A DNA stretch of 63,933 bases, the filler included, from Octopus bimaculoides (lineage: Eukaryota): assembly GCF_001194135.2 (NCBI RefSeq). It is 8 parts of 8 records of this genome, joined end to end, with 100 filler letters (N's around TTAATTAATTAA, not from the genome) between each part and the next. Parts side by side here need not be neighbours in the genome. Positions count along the whole stretch, not along the records: positions 60,252 to 63,933 come from NC_068998.1; 7 more parts are not named here. One strand, written 5' to 3'. The notes beneath the pieces are model-generated. The model did no database searches, was not told where the DNA came from, and saw only the letters and a list, made by a program, of their open reading frames with translations. The translations under genes and the position numbers were made by a program. How positions within the stretch are numbered: the stretch's first letter is position 1; every line of letters begins with the position of its first letter. Below, one piece after another: positions 63,746-63,933 of the stretch.

Positions 63746-63933
63746 AATATTATAACCACTTCCATACACACTACGTGGTACAATACACTTCGTCACAGCA
63801 CAATATACTTAAGTGCACTCTACTGTACATACCAGAATCAGTAGTACCTATTACACACCCACACACACACACACACACCCACACACACACACACACACAC
63901 ATGTGTGTATGTATATATACATACATATATATA

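Overview
This is AT-rich, repeat-dominated eukaryotic genomic DNA. The SINE families, microsatellite load and gap pattern point to a coleoid cephalopod, most likely Octopus (inference, not verified). It is not one locus. Seven identical 100-bp spacers (44 N + TTAATTAATTAA + 44 N) join eight independent fragments: 1-6714, 6815-21460, 21561-27380, 27481-44589, 44690-47039, 47140-53522, 53623-60151 and 60252-63933. Bases 1-14 are Illumina adapter. Most supplied ORFs are microsatellite or N artefacts. The one convincing host gene is an intronless CDS at 35009-34110 (-) encoding a 299-aa protein with signal peptide, LRRNT, about 7 LRRs, LRRCT and a GPI-type tail. A few orphan candidate exons also occur. 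The rest is decayed mobile DNA: stacked R4/Dong-like RT-REL retrotransposons in trinucleotide microsatellites, a second REL family with TACA-rich ends, Penelope GIY-YIG and terminal fragments, CR1, RTE-like and Tx1-like pieces, three mariner relics, a Ty3/Gypsy RT, Helitrons, fold-back MITEs and four SINE families. The most interesting non-annotated signal is seven hammerhead-ribozyme-like motifs (CTGANGA...GAAAC), with the two most complete at 27676-27728 and 59708-59750. I found no evidence for a wholly new multi-gene system; the best leads are given as testable hypotheses.
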